Shown: positions 1 to 13,580, numbered from the stretch's first letter. The stretch: 64,000 bases of DNA from Lama guanicoe (GCA_013239625.1 MU053487.1:2873058-2937057); one strand, 5' to 3'. Notes: a model not told the origin generated them from the letters alone. A program made the numbers and translations.

Positions 1-242
1 TCTGTGTCTGTGCCTTTTAGTGACAGGCGATGGATCAAGGCCATGCTTGCAGGCTTTTCTGCACACCCTCTTCATTGGAAGCCAGCAGCTCTTTCTGAGC
101 AGAGCAGTCCTCTGTCCATGTGTGTTTCTAGTGGCCCCAGGTTTGCAGGCCAGTGGTAGGGCGGGGGATGTGAACTACAGTCCCACGGGCTTGAAAAGCA
201 TCTGTGCTATGAATTCTTTAAAAGAACCCAAAGGGACATCCA

Positions 243-330
243 TGTCTTGGTTAGGTTTCCCAGAAGGAAACCCCAAGGCAAGAAGTCAAACGCAAGTAGT
301 TTGTTTGGGAGGGGAAGGTAGGGGAATGGG
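243..330. mobile_element. Ancient ERVL-type LTR fragment (LTR33/LTR41-like terminus)
   Basis: tgtcttggttaggtttcccagaag...caagtagtttgtttggga resembles the ERVL LTR terminus also seen at about 14405 and 22250. Confidence 0.45.
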
Positions 331-332
331 AG

Positions 333-373
333 ACACACACATACACACATGCATACATATATACATATACTTG

Positions 374-446
<73 letters not shown>
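333..446. repeat. Compound CA/(ACATAT)n microsatellite with 12 perfect ACATAT units at 375-446
   Basis: Read directly; explains the IYIYIY and MYMYMY ORFs. Confidence 0.97.
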
Positions 447-1049
447 CTTCTCTGGGAGAGTTAAAGGAGGACCTTGCAGAGCCCACAGCCTTTGAATGGA
501 GAGCTCTGTCCTGTTTGCATTGACTCACCTCAGCATGAAAAATGCAACTCTCTAAAGCTTTACCAGAAGGAAGAACACTGGGTGACTGGTATCTGGAGTC
601 TTGGAAGGAGAGGTGGGGCTGTATTTGGGGGGAGGGGATTCTGGAGACCTCCTCACGCAGTGAACTTCAGGAGGGGAGTTCCTAGCACTCCTTCCAAGGA
701 TGCCTCTTTCTGTAAGTCACAGCTGGGAAATGTGTCATCTCAGGGTGCCTCCTGGCCAGGCATCCTCTCACGCAAACTCAGCCTCTCCAAATGCAGCCGG
801 CCCTCCTCCAGACGGAGAAGTGATGATTCCATAGACATCCTCTGAGTACCTGTGTTGTGTGATGAGGGACCCAGGGGTCCAAACATGATGGGATGTTGAC
901 TCTGCCCCTGGGGGAGTGCCCCACAGAGAATCACTTCGCAAAGGCTCCTGCTGTTGGAATAAGAGGAGGTTGTATTACTTCCCAATCCTGGGAGGGATGT
1001 CAGTTCTGCTTAGAAAGATCTGCTGGGACCCCACAGCCCAGCAGTGACC

Positions 1050-2400
1050 ACGAAGAATTATTGGCGTGTTTGTCCCAAATTTTTTCTTCTATTTTTTATG
1101 TTCTTACTTACATGTTTGAATATATATCATGTGAAGGGACATGGAGAGTCTTTTATGAATGTTGAACCAGAAATAGTGATAACCATTTGCCTACAGGATC
1201 TGTCCCCAATTTGACCTTTGTCTTTTAACTTTATTTGTCACAGTTTGCCCAACAGAGGTCTTTAATACTTGTATAGTCAGTTCATCCATCTCTTACCTTT
1301 ATGCATAGTTTCTGACTTGGATGTTGGCTTAGAAATTCCTCCCCACCTCCAGATATCGACCCAAATATTTATTAATGCTTCATGGTTTCTTTTTTTTTAA
1401 TGCTTAAATTTTCAATTCATTTTTACTGGAATTTACTTTGGCGTAAGGAGAAAAATGTAGAGATCCAACTTTATTTCTTCTAACTGGTCACAAGTAATCA
1501 GATGTCTCCGAAAGATTGGTTCAGCACTCCGTTACTCGCCCACAGCCCCACGGACTCAGAGTTACCCTCTTCTTCGTGTTCTAGAATTCCCATTTACATC
1601 TGGATATGAGATTGTTCTGTTCCCTGATCACTCTACCTTGGGGTCACACCATGAGCTATAGTTGCTGAAGCTTAATATGACATTTTAATATCTGAAGAAA
1701 TGTCTCTCTCAGCGCTCAGCTTTTTCTGCCATCACATGCTTTTCTTTCAAGTAAGCCATTCTTTTAGGTTCAGAAAAATTCTGTAGCAATGCGACTAGAA
1801 CTATTTTAAATATATTTTAATTTTAGAAGAGTCTGTATACATTTTTCAGTTTTCAGGTTTCTCCTCCAAGAACCTGATCTGTATGTCCATCTACTTTTTT
1901 TCCTTTCTCTCCCATCTCCATCCTACATGGTCTTGTTTTTCCTGGGTATTTACTATTGTAAGTGGTATCCTTTTGCATGATATTGTGTGGCTGGCTTTTA
2001 CATGTATGTGGGGAAAAAAAGCTTTCAAGTTTGGCATAAGTTTAACTGGTGACTTTACTGAACTTAAATCTTAGTCTCTCCGTTTCATTAATGTAGACCT
2101 TTTTTAGTAGAAATCATAGCACATGCAAATAGTGATTTTACTCCCTCTTTTCTGATACTAAAACCTCACTTCTTCTGGAGCAGTGCTCCACCTCTCACTT
2201 CAAAGCAGTGGGTAACAATGGCAGGTGTTGTGAGCATCCTTCTCACGCTCAGCTTCACTGGGGCAAGATCCTGGTTGTAGACCTGAGTTCTGCATTTCAT
2301 TAATCATATTGAGGAAGTGCATTAACATGGATGGATGCTGACGTCTTGTCAAATAAGCTTTCAGTCCATTTGTAAGATCCTTTCAAATCTGAAGAGCTTT
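1050..2400 (-). mobile_element. Highly decayed old L1 (L1ME-like) ORF2 fragments
   Basis: T-rich, with antisense L1 motifs such as cttagaaattcctcccca, gatccaactttatttc and gagcatccttctc; boundaries approximate. Confidence 0.6.
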
Positions 2401-2538
2401 TATGCATGAAAAGGAATGGTTACTTCTATTAGTATTATATCTAATATCCAATTCATTTATTTTGAAACAACTACCATTTTACAAATATTCACATAATATG
2501 TGCATAACTTACGAATTAAAAACATGGGTTTAAGAGGT

Positions 2539-2618
2539 TTATGTTGAGCTATATGAAACTGATATTGTTATAGGTCAAAGATAGCCAAATATTGGCAATT
2601 TCAAATGGTCCAGCCTAA
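2539..2618. mobile_element. MADE2 mariner-derived MITE (80 bp)
   Basis: Imperfect terminal inverted repeats ttatgttgagctatatgaaact...aatttcaaatggtccagcctaa; length 80 bp. Confidence 0.8.
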
Positions 2619-3497
2619 GACATTTTCCCATTTAGCTTTAAATGCAAGCTCAATCAATTGCATTTTTTTAGAAGTCTCTCTAAAATGCTTTGAGTACCTT
2701 AAAAAGCAAATCATGATTCACCGATCAATAAGCTAACACTAAAAACCAATTACGAAAGCATGCTACCAGAGATTTGGATTTCTTTATTATCTCTAGTCTG
2801 ATTCTAATTTTGACTGTGGTTCTGATTTCTTCCTGAGCTACACTTTTGCTGACTTTCCCCGAAGAGTTAGGGTTACCTTCGCAAGCCTGCCGCATGGACC
2901 AGGGGCATGATGATTCTTCTCTAGTCCATTATCCAATTGGCCCATGTAGCCAACAGTGTTGGCAGGGTTCCACCCTGACACGCTCTAGCCCTTCCCTGCC
3001 ACATTTGCCCCTCCAGCTGCACACACACCCCACTTTGGTTTGCTTTTAACACCCAGCACCTGTGACCCTTTGTCTGGAGGGCTGACCTCAGGCTGCTGGA
3101 GCCTCTCTACCCATAGTCACGAAGAGCCACAGGTACCCTGACTGTAGCAGCTCTTGACCGATGACTCTCTTGGGAAGGTGTACGAAAGCCCAGAACCTTA
3201 GAGCGGGGCAGCTTTGAGGTGCAACTCACTCCAGAGCTCCCCCGTGGGATCAGGTGAGGCCCCTCCCTCTGTGCCCAGTTTCCTCCCAGACCCCTCTCCT
3301 GTTTCCCCGACTCTCTCATGCATCTCCCTGGGAGCACATTTTTTTATGCATCTTTTGATGGTGAATCTTCATCTCCTGGTCTGCTTTCTGGGGACCCAGA
3401 CCTAAAACAGGCAGGCCCTCTTTTTCAGAAACAGACTTTATTCATTACAACAGAAACTTCACAAATTACTGATCTGGCCAATCAGATATGTTTTGAT

Positions 3498-3534
3498 TGT
3501 GTATGTGTGTGTGTGTGTCTTGTGTGTGTGTGTA
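3498..3534. repeat. Interrupted (TG)n microsatellite
   Basis: Read directly. Confidence 0.85.
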
Positions 3535-4049
3535 TCCACAACCTTTGCCCTCAAATGACCCTGTTTGGAGTATTTTATCTTTGGAATACAACCTAATACA
3601 AATCTACTTTGTAAGTATTTGTTCTGAGTGATTATTTGTTCTGAATGAGGCCTAATCTAATTCATTTAAATCCAAAGATTTTGATCAATTGGGGTCACTG
3701 AAATGATAATTTCTTTCCTTAACTCTTAATGCTTAAAATATTGAGATATTAGGCCATTCATATTGCTTCTCTTTTTTGACATTTTAATAACATCAATTAT
3801 ATTTTTAAAGTTCCAGCCTCTCCTTGGACATCGTGTATGTCATTCTTTGCCTGTGTTGCTAGATTCAGGGTGCGAATATTTTATTTAACATTGTTGGATC
3901 TGTTTTCATAAACGAGATTTTCCTTCTTGTGTTGTCTTCATCAGTGTCAGGCTTTTGCTGGCTTTTGCAAGAATAAGCAGGAAGCCTCTGTTCTTTCTCT
4001 GTCCTGGCGACATGCAGGGCGTGATCCGGCAGCAGGAGCTAATAACCCT

Positions 4050-4260
4050 TACTGTAGCGCTTGTTTCACTTACGTGCAGGCACTATGCTCAGTACGTACC
4101 TTTCATTGATACATTTAACTCTTAACAACAACCTAAGGAGACACGTCCAATTAATGATCTCAGTTTCTCTGGTGAGGAAACCGAGGCTTCACGAGGTTAA
4201 GGAATAGCCACAGCTGGTAAGTGGCAGAGCAGGCACGCAGGCGCAGACAGGCTGACGCCA
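4050..4260 (-). mobile_element. MIR SINE
   Basis: MIR core ggtgaggaaaccgaggcttcacgaggttaagg...cacagctggtaagtggcagagc. Confidence 0.8.
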
Positions 4261-5194
4261 GCGCGCTGGAATGCATCTTCTTTGCATAAAGAGGCTTATT
4301 TACATGTCAGATGCGATGTGCCGGCTGCCACGTGGCTTTGTGGCTCTTACCCTCCGGAGTGCCAGGTGCTTCATGAATTTGATCTTTCTCATTACATCAC
4401 TAGTTGGGGGGGGTTGTTTTCTTTAATGCAAGAGCCAGTGGGCAAGGAAGCATTGATGAATTTTCAGAGACAGCTGCAATGTGTCTGAACAAGGCTCTCT
4501 TCAGTCTCCCAAGGATATTAGCACACAGACCCAGCTCCCAACCAGTTCCTCCTGGGGCAAGCTTTCCCATGGTTCCTGCATGTCTCTACATCAGATCCTA
4601 GAAAGCTGGCAAGAGTCTCACCCTTGGGTTTTCCTCTCTGGAATTAATTTGTCCCCACATGAACTCAAAATAAAAGGAAGATCAGACATGAAAACTCTGC
4701 CCTTAAATAAGGTTGGGAAGGTGGAACTAGCACAGACCTTCCTGTTTTTATGTTTACCTATTGAGCATGGATGGCTGGAAGAAGAGATGCTGGTGGTCAC
4801 AGTGGGTCTGAAGCTCTTTTAGACACCAAGGAAATTGGTGGCTTAGGTTACATCGTGTAACAGCTGGAATCCTGAGACAAGTTCTAATTCGCTGGTGTAC
4901 AGTTGGCTGATGCTGGGTTGTAGAGACAGCTGTGACTTTCGTGGGATAAAAGCCCTTATTTTTATTTTGCTTTACTCTAGATAAGTCAAAGGCAAGGTCT
5001 CCCAACAAGAGTCTGAATGAATAACCTAGAGCCCCTTGTTTGCATGACCTAGAACTAGATCTTGGGGAGATAACCATTAACCTACATCCTAAAGGTGTAA
5101 AGGAACTAATTTTCCTCCTCTATGTACCAAACTTACAAATGGGAAAGTGGATGCTTAGAATGGCAGCTGGCTTGGTTGTGGGTAGAATCATCAT

Positions 5195-5520
5195 GCTGTT
5201 CACTCATTCAGCAGATTTAAATCGTGCATTGAATACGGATGCGGCTTAGGACATACATGAGCAAAACAGATATGCACCCTGCCCTCAGTCTGCTTACAGT
5301 CTCTTGGGGAATAGAGATCTGATGAACTCTTCATGAAAATGATTGAAGCTGTGAAAGTGGAGACACGTGGGTGCCGTGGGAGATTTCCCTGAGGCTCTGT
5401 GGGAGGATTTTCAGGAAGAGCATGGATGCTGGCGCTAGCAGGCACACAGGCCACTGCAGGAAAGTGCAGCGCGGCTGAAATGGTGGGAGGGAGTGAGAGG
5501 ACAGGCAGAGACAAGGCTGG
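5195..5520 (-). mobile_element. L2 LINE 3' fragment
   Basis: ttcactcattcagcagatt tail and cctgccctcagtctgcttacagtct motif of antisense L2. Confidence 0.6.
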
Positions 5521-7829
5521 AGCACCATGCAAGCCCACGGTGTGATGCCCACACATAGACGCAGGGAAGAATGTTGCGGGAGTGTTTCCACTTCTGTTTT
5601 GCCTTAACGTTGGAGCCTCCAAATATGTTTATAAAACACCATAGAAATGTTTATGTACTTATAAAGCTTTAGTCTAACAATTAAATCTGGGGAAGAAAGG
5701 GTGTACAGTTACAATTTTTCCTTACTTTAGAAAATAAGCCATAAAAAAACCATCCTTGATGAAAACAGAAGCCTTTTAATTGAGACCAGAATTGTCATCA
5801 TAAAAAAACCATTTACACATTTGGTCACTGCGGACAGTCATTAGGCAGTTGATGGCTCTATGCTTTAAACCTGAACTTGTTGAAGGAGGATGGATGCTCA
5901 GGCTCTGAAAAACCAAAAAGGTTACGTCTGAGAGATGGGACAAGCCCTGAGAAAAGAAATGGTCCACTGAGCATCACAAAGCCAAATAGCATACTGATGT
6001 TTTGGTCCTTGTTTGAGAAGACCGAGTCCAGGTTCAGAATAGTTCCTCCTTTCTTCAGCTTCCCCAGAAGCGTAGCTGGGTGCAGGAGAGCCCTGACCCC
6101 CAGCTCTCGTCTCCCAGCCCAGGGTTATGCCGTGTGCCCTGTGAAATGCGCTGCCTGCGCTCTGCACCGGCTTCCAGCCAGTTTCCACAGGCAGTATTAG
6201 TTTTGGCTTTGGAAAATAAGGTTTCTTTTACTTGGCTGAGAAGTAAGCAGCAACCATTTTCTCCTGCTTGTGCCTCGTGAGTTAACTGGGCAGCGAGAGG
6301 AAAGAGCCTGCCTGGTGAGCATCTGGGCCCTTTTATGGCCACCGTTTACTCAGGTTTCGAGGACCTGGCTTGCTCTTTGGGAAACAAGGAGTATTCGAGC
6401 AGCACCAAGCCCCGTGGGGCATCGTCCTTTTCCAGAGTCATTCACACATTCTCTTCCAGTGGGGACTCAAGGATGGAGTCAACAGAAAATTAACGGTTGA
6501 CCTATGGTCCAGCAGTTCCTATGAGATGGGCTTGCCATGGAGATGGGGGTTAGTGGAATTGGAGGATGGAGGTAAGACTAGAGGAAGTCTTGTTTTGCAG
6601 AGCAAGAACCCAGGCAGGTTAATTCCTTACAGTCTTGCTCTTTCTCCTTCCCCCTGCACACATTCCGGTCTATTCCAGAAGGGCCATTTGCCCTTGAGAA
6701 CCTTGCCCTTTAGCCCTTCAAGCTGTCGGGAGGCCACTTCCCCAAGCAGCTCCCTCTGGAAATCTCTCGCTCAGCCTCAGTTGGACTGTTGGGCCTTTTG
6801 ATTCAGCTTTTCCCCAAAGTGCTGATTTTCAGACCATTCCTTTTCCTAAGACTTCCTGGCCACAGGTAGTCGCCATCTGCCACTTGCAAAGTCTGAAATG
6901 AGGATGTGGGTGCAGGCAGTTTATTGGAGCAGGGGCCCAGGAAACAGGAAGGTGTTAGAAAAGCCAGCGTGAGTCTGTGTCGTCTCAGGTCACTGCTGGC
7001 GGTGCCTGGACCTTTTGAGAAGTGTATCAAAAGTCACCCGTAAACATTTGCTAGAGGGCAGGAGACTGGCCCATTCATTCCTGGGCTCCTGTTCCCCAGC
7101 CAGCCGAGGGCTGCCTCTGAAGGAGTGGCTTATCCTGTCCCAGTAAGGGCTGCAGCAGAATGCGGGGCCACAGGAACTGTTCGCCACGCCAGAGCTAGAG
7201 TCAGAGTTGAGCCAGAAGGAGACGACACAGGGCATCTGAGGCAAATGCCAAACCCATTTCTGACCTCAATCCCAGCCCAGGCTCCCAGAACCTGAGTTCA
7301 GCCCGTAATTGCTTCCTGACATTTGAGCAAAAGCATCAGTCATCTGTTTTCCTGGACATCATAGATATACTGAGATTTCCCACGAGCCCAAATGGAAGAC
7401 AGTCTGCATTCTAAGAAGAGGTGAGCTGGTGTGTGTTTTGGAAGCAGGTGGGTGAGAATTTGCATCTAGACCTTTGCTCTTCCTGACCTATTCTTGACAC
7501 TGGATAAATTAAGAAAAATAAATAAATGTGAAAATGTCTGAAAAAAATCATAACATTTAAACCATACTGTGCAAGAAACCTTATTTTGAGCTAAACAAAT
7601 AAAAGAAAATCCAGACTTTAAGAAAGGTAAATAAGGAACTGATTACTTCACTCACAAGTTCCTTCTGTTTACAGAAGGATTAATACTGAAAATATTTTTA
7701 AAAAGCATCTTGACAGAGGTCAGTGCAATTCAAATAAAAAGCTGAATGTGCTTCAACAATTTGCAAATACTTGGTTCAGGAACAGTCTTACCAATGAGTT
7801 ATTTTCTGTTGGAGTGAAATCTCTGGGAG

Positions 7830-8300
7830 TGGCTGCACATTCAGAGGATGAGGAAAATAATTTCTTCGAAGGAATTTGTGAAACATCTCCCTCATTTTTG
7901 TTACATTTGTTTCCTTCTTATATTTCTTTCTACTTGCAGTTCCTTCGAGTGCTTTAAGAGTTTGGGGACAGTATATAGAATTGTTAGCCATTTTTTGTCA
8001 TCTGTCTTCTGAGTTGGTATGTTTTTCTTTGTTCAGAGGTTCACTCCTCAGCCCCCAGGGGACACAAGGAGAGAGTGAAACGAAGTGGTACAGGGTTCCT
8101 TGTGTATGTTCCACGTCCCCCAGGTCCTGTCCTCCCTCCTCCCTAGTAGACGGGCTCAATTGTGCGATCCCATTGCTCCCAGCCTGGTGGAATTCATGCT
8201 GCAATTCTGCAATTATTTTCTTACTCTCCTTCTCTCTAATCTTTCTGTTTTTGCCTTTGGATGTCAGTTCTTCCTCTTCTTGGGGTTTTACCAAGAAAAG
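7830..8300 (-). mobile_element. Decayed L1ME/HAL1-like ORF1 remnant
   Basis: Antisense ORF1-like motifs (gaaaataatttcttcgaaggaatttgtgaaacatctccctcattt); the K/E-rich ORF 7998..8396 resembles the L1 ORF1 coiled-coil. Confidence 0.5.
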
Positions 8301-8489
8301 AGTCGACCTTAGCTTTTTGCAAAGTGAAGTAAGAGGTTCCCCATGGCACTCAGCACAGGCTCTGTGGTGAGGGGGTGGGGGTTGGGGGGTGACCACCCCA
8401 TCGTGGCTGCCCTTTCCTGAGCTCTCCCCGTCAGCTCAGCAGGGCTTGGGTAACTTGCAGGTGCCTTCCTTTACTCTTCACAGCCGCTC

Positions 8490-8900
8490 TGCATCAGTTA
8501 CTGTAACAAACCACCCCAAAATATAGCAGCTTAACACAAGCACCGTGCAGTGCTGCTCCTGGCTCTAGGAGCGGTTGTGCAGCCAGGGCCAGGCTCGCCT
8601 GCCCTTGGCTGCCCTCACTCAGGCATCCCGGGGGAGCTGGCAGGCTGACTGGAGCCCAGCTGTGGTCTGGGCCAGTGGGAGCGACAGAGCCCGCAGCCTC
8701 CCATCCTGCAGCAGGCCAGCCCAGGCTCCCGTGGCTCCGGCAGGGGTCCAAGAGAGGGGATAGACGTTCCAGAGCCTCTTGAGATAAGGACTGGAACAGG
8801 CCCAGCATCACTTCTGCTACATTCAGTGGGTAAGAGCAAGTCAGGAATTCCACCCAGGTTCAAGGTGGAGAAATAAGGTCCGCTGGGATGCGGGGAGCAG
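8490..8900. mobile_element. MaLR LTR (MLT1 family)
   Basis: tgtaacaaaccaccccaaaatatagcagcttaac start; cagcatcacttctgctacattcagtggg...caagtca...ccaggttcaagg end motif. Confidence 0.75.
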
Positions 8901-9254
8901 CCCGTGGTGTGGGTGCCGTGGGATGGAGAGCGTACTGGGGGACCTCGTCATCCTCACGCTTCTTTCTTAGGTGGAGCATCTGAAGGGGAGGAAACGCATG
9001 GTTTTGGAAAGTCTAGGGTGGAAAGCGAGAACCCGGGGTTTCTGAAGAACCTCCCACCTCTCTTGACGAAGCTCCCATTCTGACTCAGGGAGGAGGAAGG
9101 GATTCCATCCGACTCTTTGTTGTGAGCAGGATGGTTCTCACAGACGTTCGGCACAGGACTGGGCTAGGTGGGGGACACCCCCACTGTGTGCAGGGACTGG
9201 GTTAGGCGCCGCCACCTGCACCGTCTCAGGGACACTCAGGCTAACCCCGCGGAG

Positions 9255-9390
9255 GTGGAATGACCATCTCCATTTTACAGAGGCAAAAACTTAGGAAGAT
9301 TGTAATTTGCTCCAAGTCACGAAGCTAGTTAAGTGGCAGGTCCAGGACCAGACCCTCCATCTGTCTGATGCCAAAGCTTCCTTTCTTACC
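9255..9390 (-). mobile_element. MIR SINE
   Basis: ccattttacagaggcaaaaact...ccaagtcacgaagctagttaagtggcagg. Confidence 0.75.
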
Positions 9391-9667
9391 GCCCTGCCTC
9401 ACAATTTCAGTTGAGGCCTGATCCTGACATCAGCGAGCTGGCAATCCTGTGGAAACATAAGTGCTGTCCTCCCCCACCCCCCACAAAAAGAGAGAGAGAA
9501 CAGTAACAGGTCATGTTGAAGGAGGAGCCCAGGGTTCACGTGGGAGGCTGTGTGGATCCTGGGTGAGCAGGGCTCTCGCCTGGACACTGATCAGAGTCAT
9601 CCTGGCCACAGGGTGTCCTCCAAGAGGGACTCTGAGGCCTGAACATTAGAGGTGGATTCCTTATTTC

Positions 9668-9796
9668 AGGGATGACCATACAATCTAACAAGCGGGGACA
9701 CTTTAGGGACTTAATGAGAAAATTATTAATAATTAGCCCCAGGAAAACAGGCATCACTTGGGGCTGACCCAGGCAAATGGGATGCCCGGTCACCCT
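9668..9796. mobile_element. MER94-like hAT-Blackjack MITE
   Basis: Terminal inverted repeats agggatgacc...ggtcaccct with internal gggacacttt. Confidence 0.65.
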
Positions 9797-9924
9797 TCTT
9801 ATGGCCAAAACACAAGGAAGGTGTGGAGCCAAGTGAGTTGGGCCCTGTTCACACCCGCTCCCCTGCTGTCTGACTCTGGGTCTCTGCTTCCCCTTCTGCA
9901 CAGCAGCCCCAGCCACGCCTCTGG

Positions 9925-10452
9925 TGTTTGTTATCTGTGGTTGTGTAACACATTACCTCAAAACCTAGCAAGACAACAACAGACATTTATTACCCCTCAC
10001 ACAGGGTCAGGAACTCAGGGTGGTTCTGACCAGGAGGCTCTCGTGAGGTTGCAGGCAGGACGCTGGCTGGGGCTGCCGCTGTCTAAAGGCTTGTCGGGGG
10101 CGGGAGGCTCTGCTCCTGGGGTGGCTTCTCACACGGCCAGCACGTTGGTGGTGGGTCGGCAGGGGGCCTTGGGTCTCCTCTGTGTGGGATCCTCCAGCAG
10201 GCTGCATGGGTGTCCTCATAACACGGCGGCTGGGTTCCCCCAGAGAGGACCAGCCAAGAGATCAAGGGTCCGGCAGAAGCTCACCCGTCTGTGACCTTCT
10301 CTCAGAAGTCACCCAGCATCCCTTCGGCCACGTTCTGTTCCTTCCAGGCGAGTCACTAAGTCGAGCCCACATTCAAGGGAAGGGGCATTAGCCAACGGCT
10401 TTTGAAGAGAGGAGTGTTAAATAATGTGTGGATGTATTTGGAAACCGCTGCA
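9925..10452. mobile_element. MaLR LTR (MLT1F/G-like)
   Basis: gttatctgtggttgtgtaacacattacctcaaaacctagc...acatttattac start; gagtcactaagtcgagcccacattcaagggaagggg end. Confidence 0.8.
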
Positions 10453-10939
10453 CCTACTTGGGATGGATGTTACAGGCTTGTAAGTTAGGTGCTGTGGATC
10501 AGGTGCCTGCAACAGGACCTGGTGCTCATTAAGAACAGAAAGGACCTCTTGGCCCTGCAGGGTTCAGCAGGAGCATTCCCAGATGTTGATGGGCCAGGAC
10601 AGGCTGTAATGTCCAGGGCGCCTGAGTACCTTGGCTGGGCATGAATGAACCCAAGCCACCCTTATAATTCAGGACCTGAGGAGACTAGGTCATTCCTCTG
10701 TGGAGTCCAGGTAGCCAGAGGGTTCCACCTCACTTTGGACTTTCACACAGGTCCTCTGAAACTTCTCTGATGAGTGCCCCCAAACCCCTTGGTGTGTGGA
10801 GCCCTCATAGCTGAGCCTCCTGCCCGCCCGGGGGAGCTGAACCCCAGAGCTGTAGCACAGAGGCTACTCCGGGGGCTGTCCTCCAGCCCGCCCTCTGCCA
10901 CGCCCTTCCAAGGGCTTTTATTTAATTTGCTTCTCAGAA

Positions 10940-11280
10940 CAGTGTGAGTTAGGTATTTGTACCTGTTTGTGGTGAGAAATAGAAAACTCAGATTGGCTGG
11001 AGTGAAAAAACCTTGATTTTGCAAACTGAAAAAACCTAGGATTGGCCTTGGCCACAGCTTATTGTGCCTCAGAATATTATCATAGGGTCTCTCTCTCTCT
11101 CTCTCTCTCTCTCCGTCCGTCAGCTTCTCTTTCTTGTTTTGGCCCCGTCGTCAGACAGTCTGTCCTCTCAGGGTGACAAAATGGCGGACGAGGAACCTCT
11201 TTTCACAAAAGTCCCAGCAGAAGTTTCATTGCGTCTCATTGGTCTAACAAGCGGAAGCCTGGGTCATGTGGCCCACAGCT
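10940..11280. mobile_element. Old MaLR LTR fragment containing a (CT)n tract at about 11088-11113
   Basis: tgagttagg...gagaaatagaaaactcagattggc start and ctcattggtc...gggtcatgtggccca motif. Confidence 0.5.
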
Positions 11281-12619
11281 ACAGGGAGTGGGGGTGAGGT
11301 GGAGTGTCATCCAGGACCCCTGGGCTGAGGGCGGGGCAGAGACGGCACCCCAGAGGGGGCTTGTCGGGAGTCAGCAGAAAGCTGGATGGATGTAGGTGGC
11401 AGGAAACAGCTGTGTGCCACAGCCTTGCGACCCCAGGTACCGAAGCAAAAATTGGGCTCAGACAGGTAACTAGGCCAAAGCCTCCGGGCCAGCAGGAGTG
11501 GACGGATCCTAACCCTCCAGTCCTGCTCATGTTGACGGAGGAGGAGGCTCTCTCCACCCCAGCCCTGACACCTAAGTGCTCTGAGGCCATCTGAACTGTG
11601 CACTTAGAACTCGAAGACATGACCAGTGGCTCCGGAAGTGACTGGGTGAGAACGCCGTCGACTGGAGACTGTGGTTGATGACCTGCTGAGGGGAGGGGAC
11701 AGAATTTCTAGCTAGAAAAACCCCTTCTCAGAAACCCTGGAAAGAACTCGGCCCCCTGGGCAACAGCAAAACTGGGATCTTCTGTGGTCTCGAAGTTCGC
11801 GTGACCTTGCCTTTTACCTTTTAGTGCTGCCCGATCGTTAAGACTTAAACACAGAATTCTTTTCCCACGTGTCATTTGTCAGCAGTTAAAATTTTGTCTG
11901 CTGAGGGGACGCAGAGTTGGCGCTAATGACGCGGAGGCCTCCCTCCTCCACGGCCCCTCATCTAGAAGATTCGAGCTGCAGGGGCTGACTTGCACAGAGG
12001 AGGGCAGTGGATTGAGCCACAGAGGGAGGAGGAGGGAGGGCCTCAAATTCAGAAGACAAGAAACAAGCTCTCTCCCTAAATAAGCAGGAAGTCTGAGCTG
12101 TGAAGCCGAGATTGTTGGCACTGGGGTGGGGTTTGGGGTCGGGGGCTTCCACACTCCCTCATGAGGTCACTGGAACAGGACAGGAAATCTGAACCTCGTG
12201 CCAAAGAAAACTCTCTTTGCTCTTTACAAAAAGCCTGTTGAGTGTCCCTCATGAGGGAACTGCTGGTTGGGACTGACAGATGGGCACGTTGGCTGCCAGC
12301 AAGGGGTCTCCTGGCCATTTCTGAAGGCCTGGGTCCGCTCCACTTGCGGTCACACTGCTGCTTCTGTCTGGGCTAAGGACAAGCCTTGGATCCTCGAGCC
12401 GATGAGACAACATTTGACCTTTTTCTTTCTGGCTGGGAAACCCCACACAGACCTGGGTCTGTTTCCCGGCTCACAATGCGGCCTGTGAGACACTGGCCTC
12501 CCAGCAGAAACTCTGCCGGGATTGTGGGCCTCCCCCTGTAGCCTGCTCAGTGCCCGTTATGGCTGAGGCAGGTGGTCATGGGGATGCAGCCTGGGGCAGA
12601 GGGAATGCAGGGGCCATGG

Positions 12620-12760
12620 GGCCAGACTGACCTAGGTTTGAATCCCACTTCCGCCACTTAACAGCTGCACACATTTGGACAAGTTGCCCGGTTTCTCAGA
12701 GCCTCATTCTCCTCATCTATAAAGTGGGGGTTATGAGCCCTGCCTCTCACAGTGTCCGAC
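12620..12760 (+). mobile_element. MIR SINE
   Basis: gacctaggtttgaatcccacttccgccacttaacagctg...gagcctcattctcctcatctataaagtgggg. Confidence 0.8.
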
Positions 12761-13095
12761 TTCGGTAAGGTGGTACCTCAGGGGCCAGTCATGAGGAAGT
12801 CACTCTGTAGGTGTTTGTCCATCCCCTCCTCCCACTTTGGTCCCTCTCCAGAGCATCGCCATTAAGTTCATTTTCTAACCCCATTCTGTAGAATGGGAGT
12901 TGGAGCCAACCTGGGGAAAGGTGACATCTGGGTGTCACAGTGACAGCAGGTGGCTGTGAAGGTTCCCAGACATTGGTGGCAGGGGCCATGGAGGCTACCC
13001 AGCATCCCCAGAGGGGCCCCTAGGGGCCCACTGGCCCCACAGACCAAGCCCCACTCTCTCGTGGACTGTTCTCCATTGAAGACTCGGCCCAGGAC

Positions 13096-13299
13096 CAGTG
13101 TTTCTGAGAATCTCCATCCGTGCCCTCCACGTGTGGTCTCCCGACACCAGCATCCTCATCGTCTGGGGCTCGATTAGAAAAGCCCATTCCGGGCCCCTCC
13201 CCGGACCTCTGGAGTCAGAAGCCCTGGGGACGAGTCCCAGCAGATTGTTTCTGCATACCTCCAGGTGGCTCTGTGCATGACAAAGTCTGAGAATCACTG
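13096..13299. mobile_element. MER5-family hAT-Charlie MITE
   Basis: Inverted termini cagtgtttctgaga / tctgagaatcactg and MER5 internal motifs. Confidence 0.7.
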
Positions 13300-13414
13300 T
13301 GCTAGTCGGGTCATGACAGAGCAGAGGAAAGAAGACCTGCCAGCACCCCAAAGGCCCCTTTGCAGACTGCTGTCTGAGAAGCAGGAGGGAGGGGTTCCGG
13401 TTAGACCGCCAGAC

Positions 13415-13580
13415 ACGCGTTCTAGCTCTACTGTGTGGCTGTTGTGTGACCTTGGACAAGTTCCTTCACCCTCCCCCTGAGCCTCTGAATCCTGATATGT
13501 AAAATGAATGATGTCATACATACCTTGTGGGGCAGTGGGGGGCATAAATCAGTGCATCCTAGCACAGGACTGAAAGCAGC
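13415..13580 (+). mobile_element. MIR SINE
   Basis: tgtgtgaccttggacaagttccttcacc...tgagcctc...tgtaaaatg. Confidence 0.7.

Noticed and set aside
20..528. ORFs with IYIYIY and MYMYMY runs
   Set aside because: Translation of the (ACATAT)n microsatellite
7998..8396. K/E-rich 132-aa minus-strand ORF as a coiled-coil gene or processed pseudogene
   Set aside because: Better explained as a decayed L1/HAL1 ORF1 remnant; no ATG start or splice support
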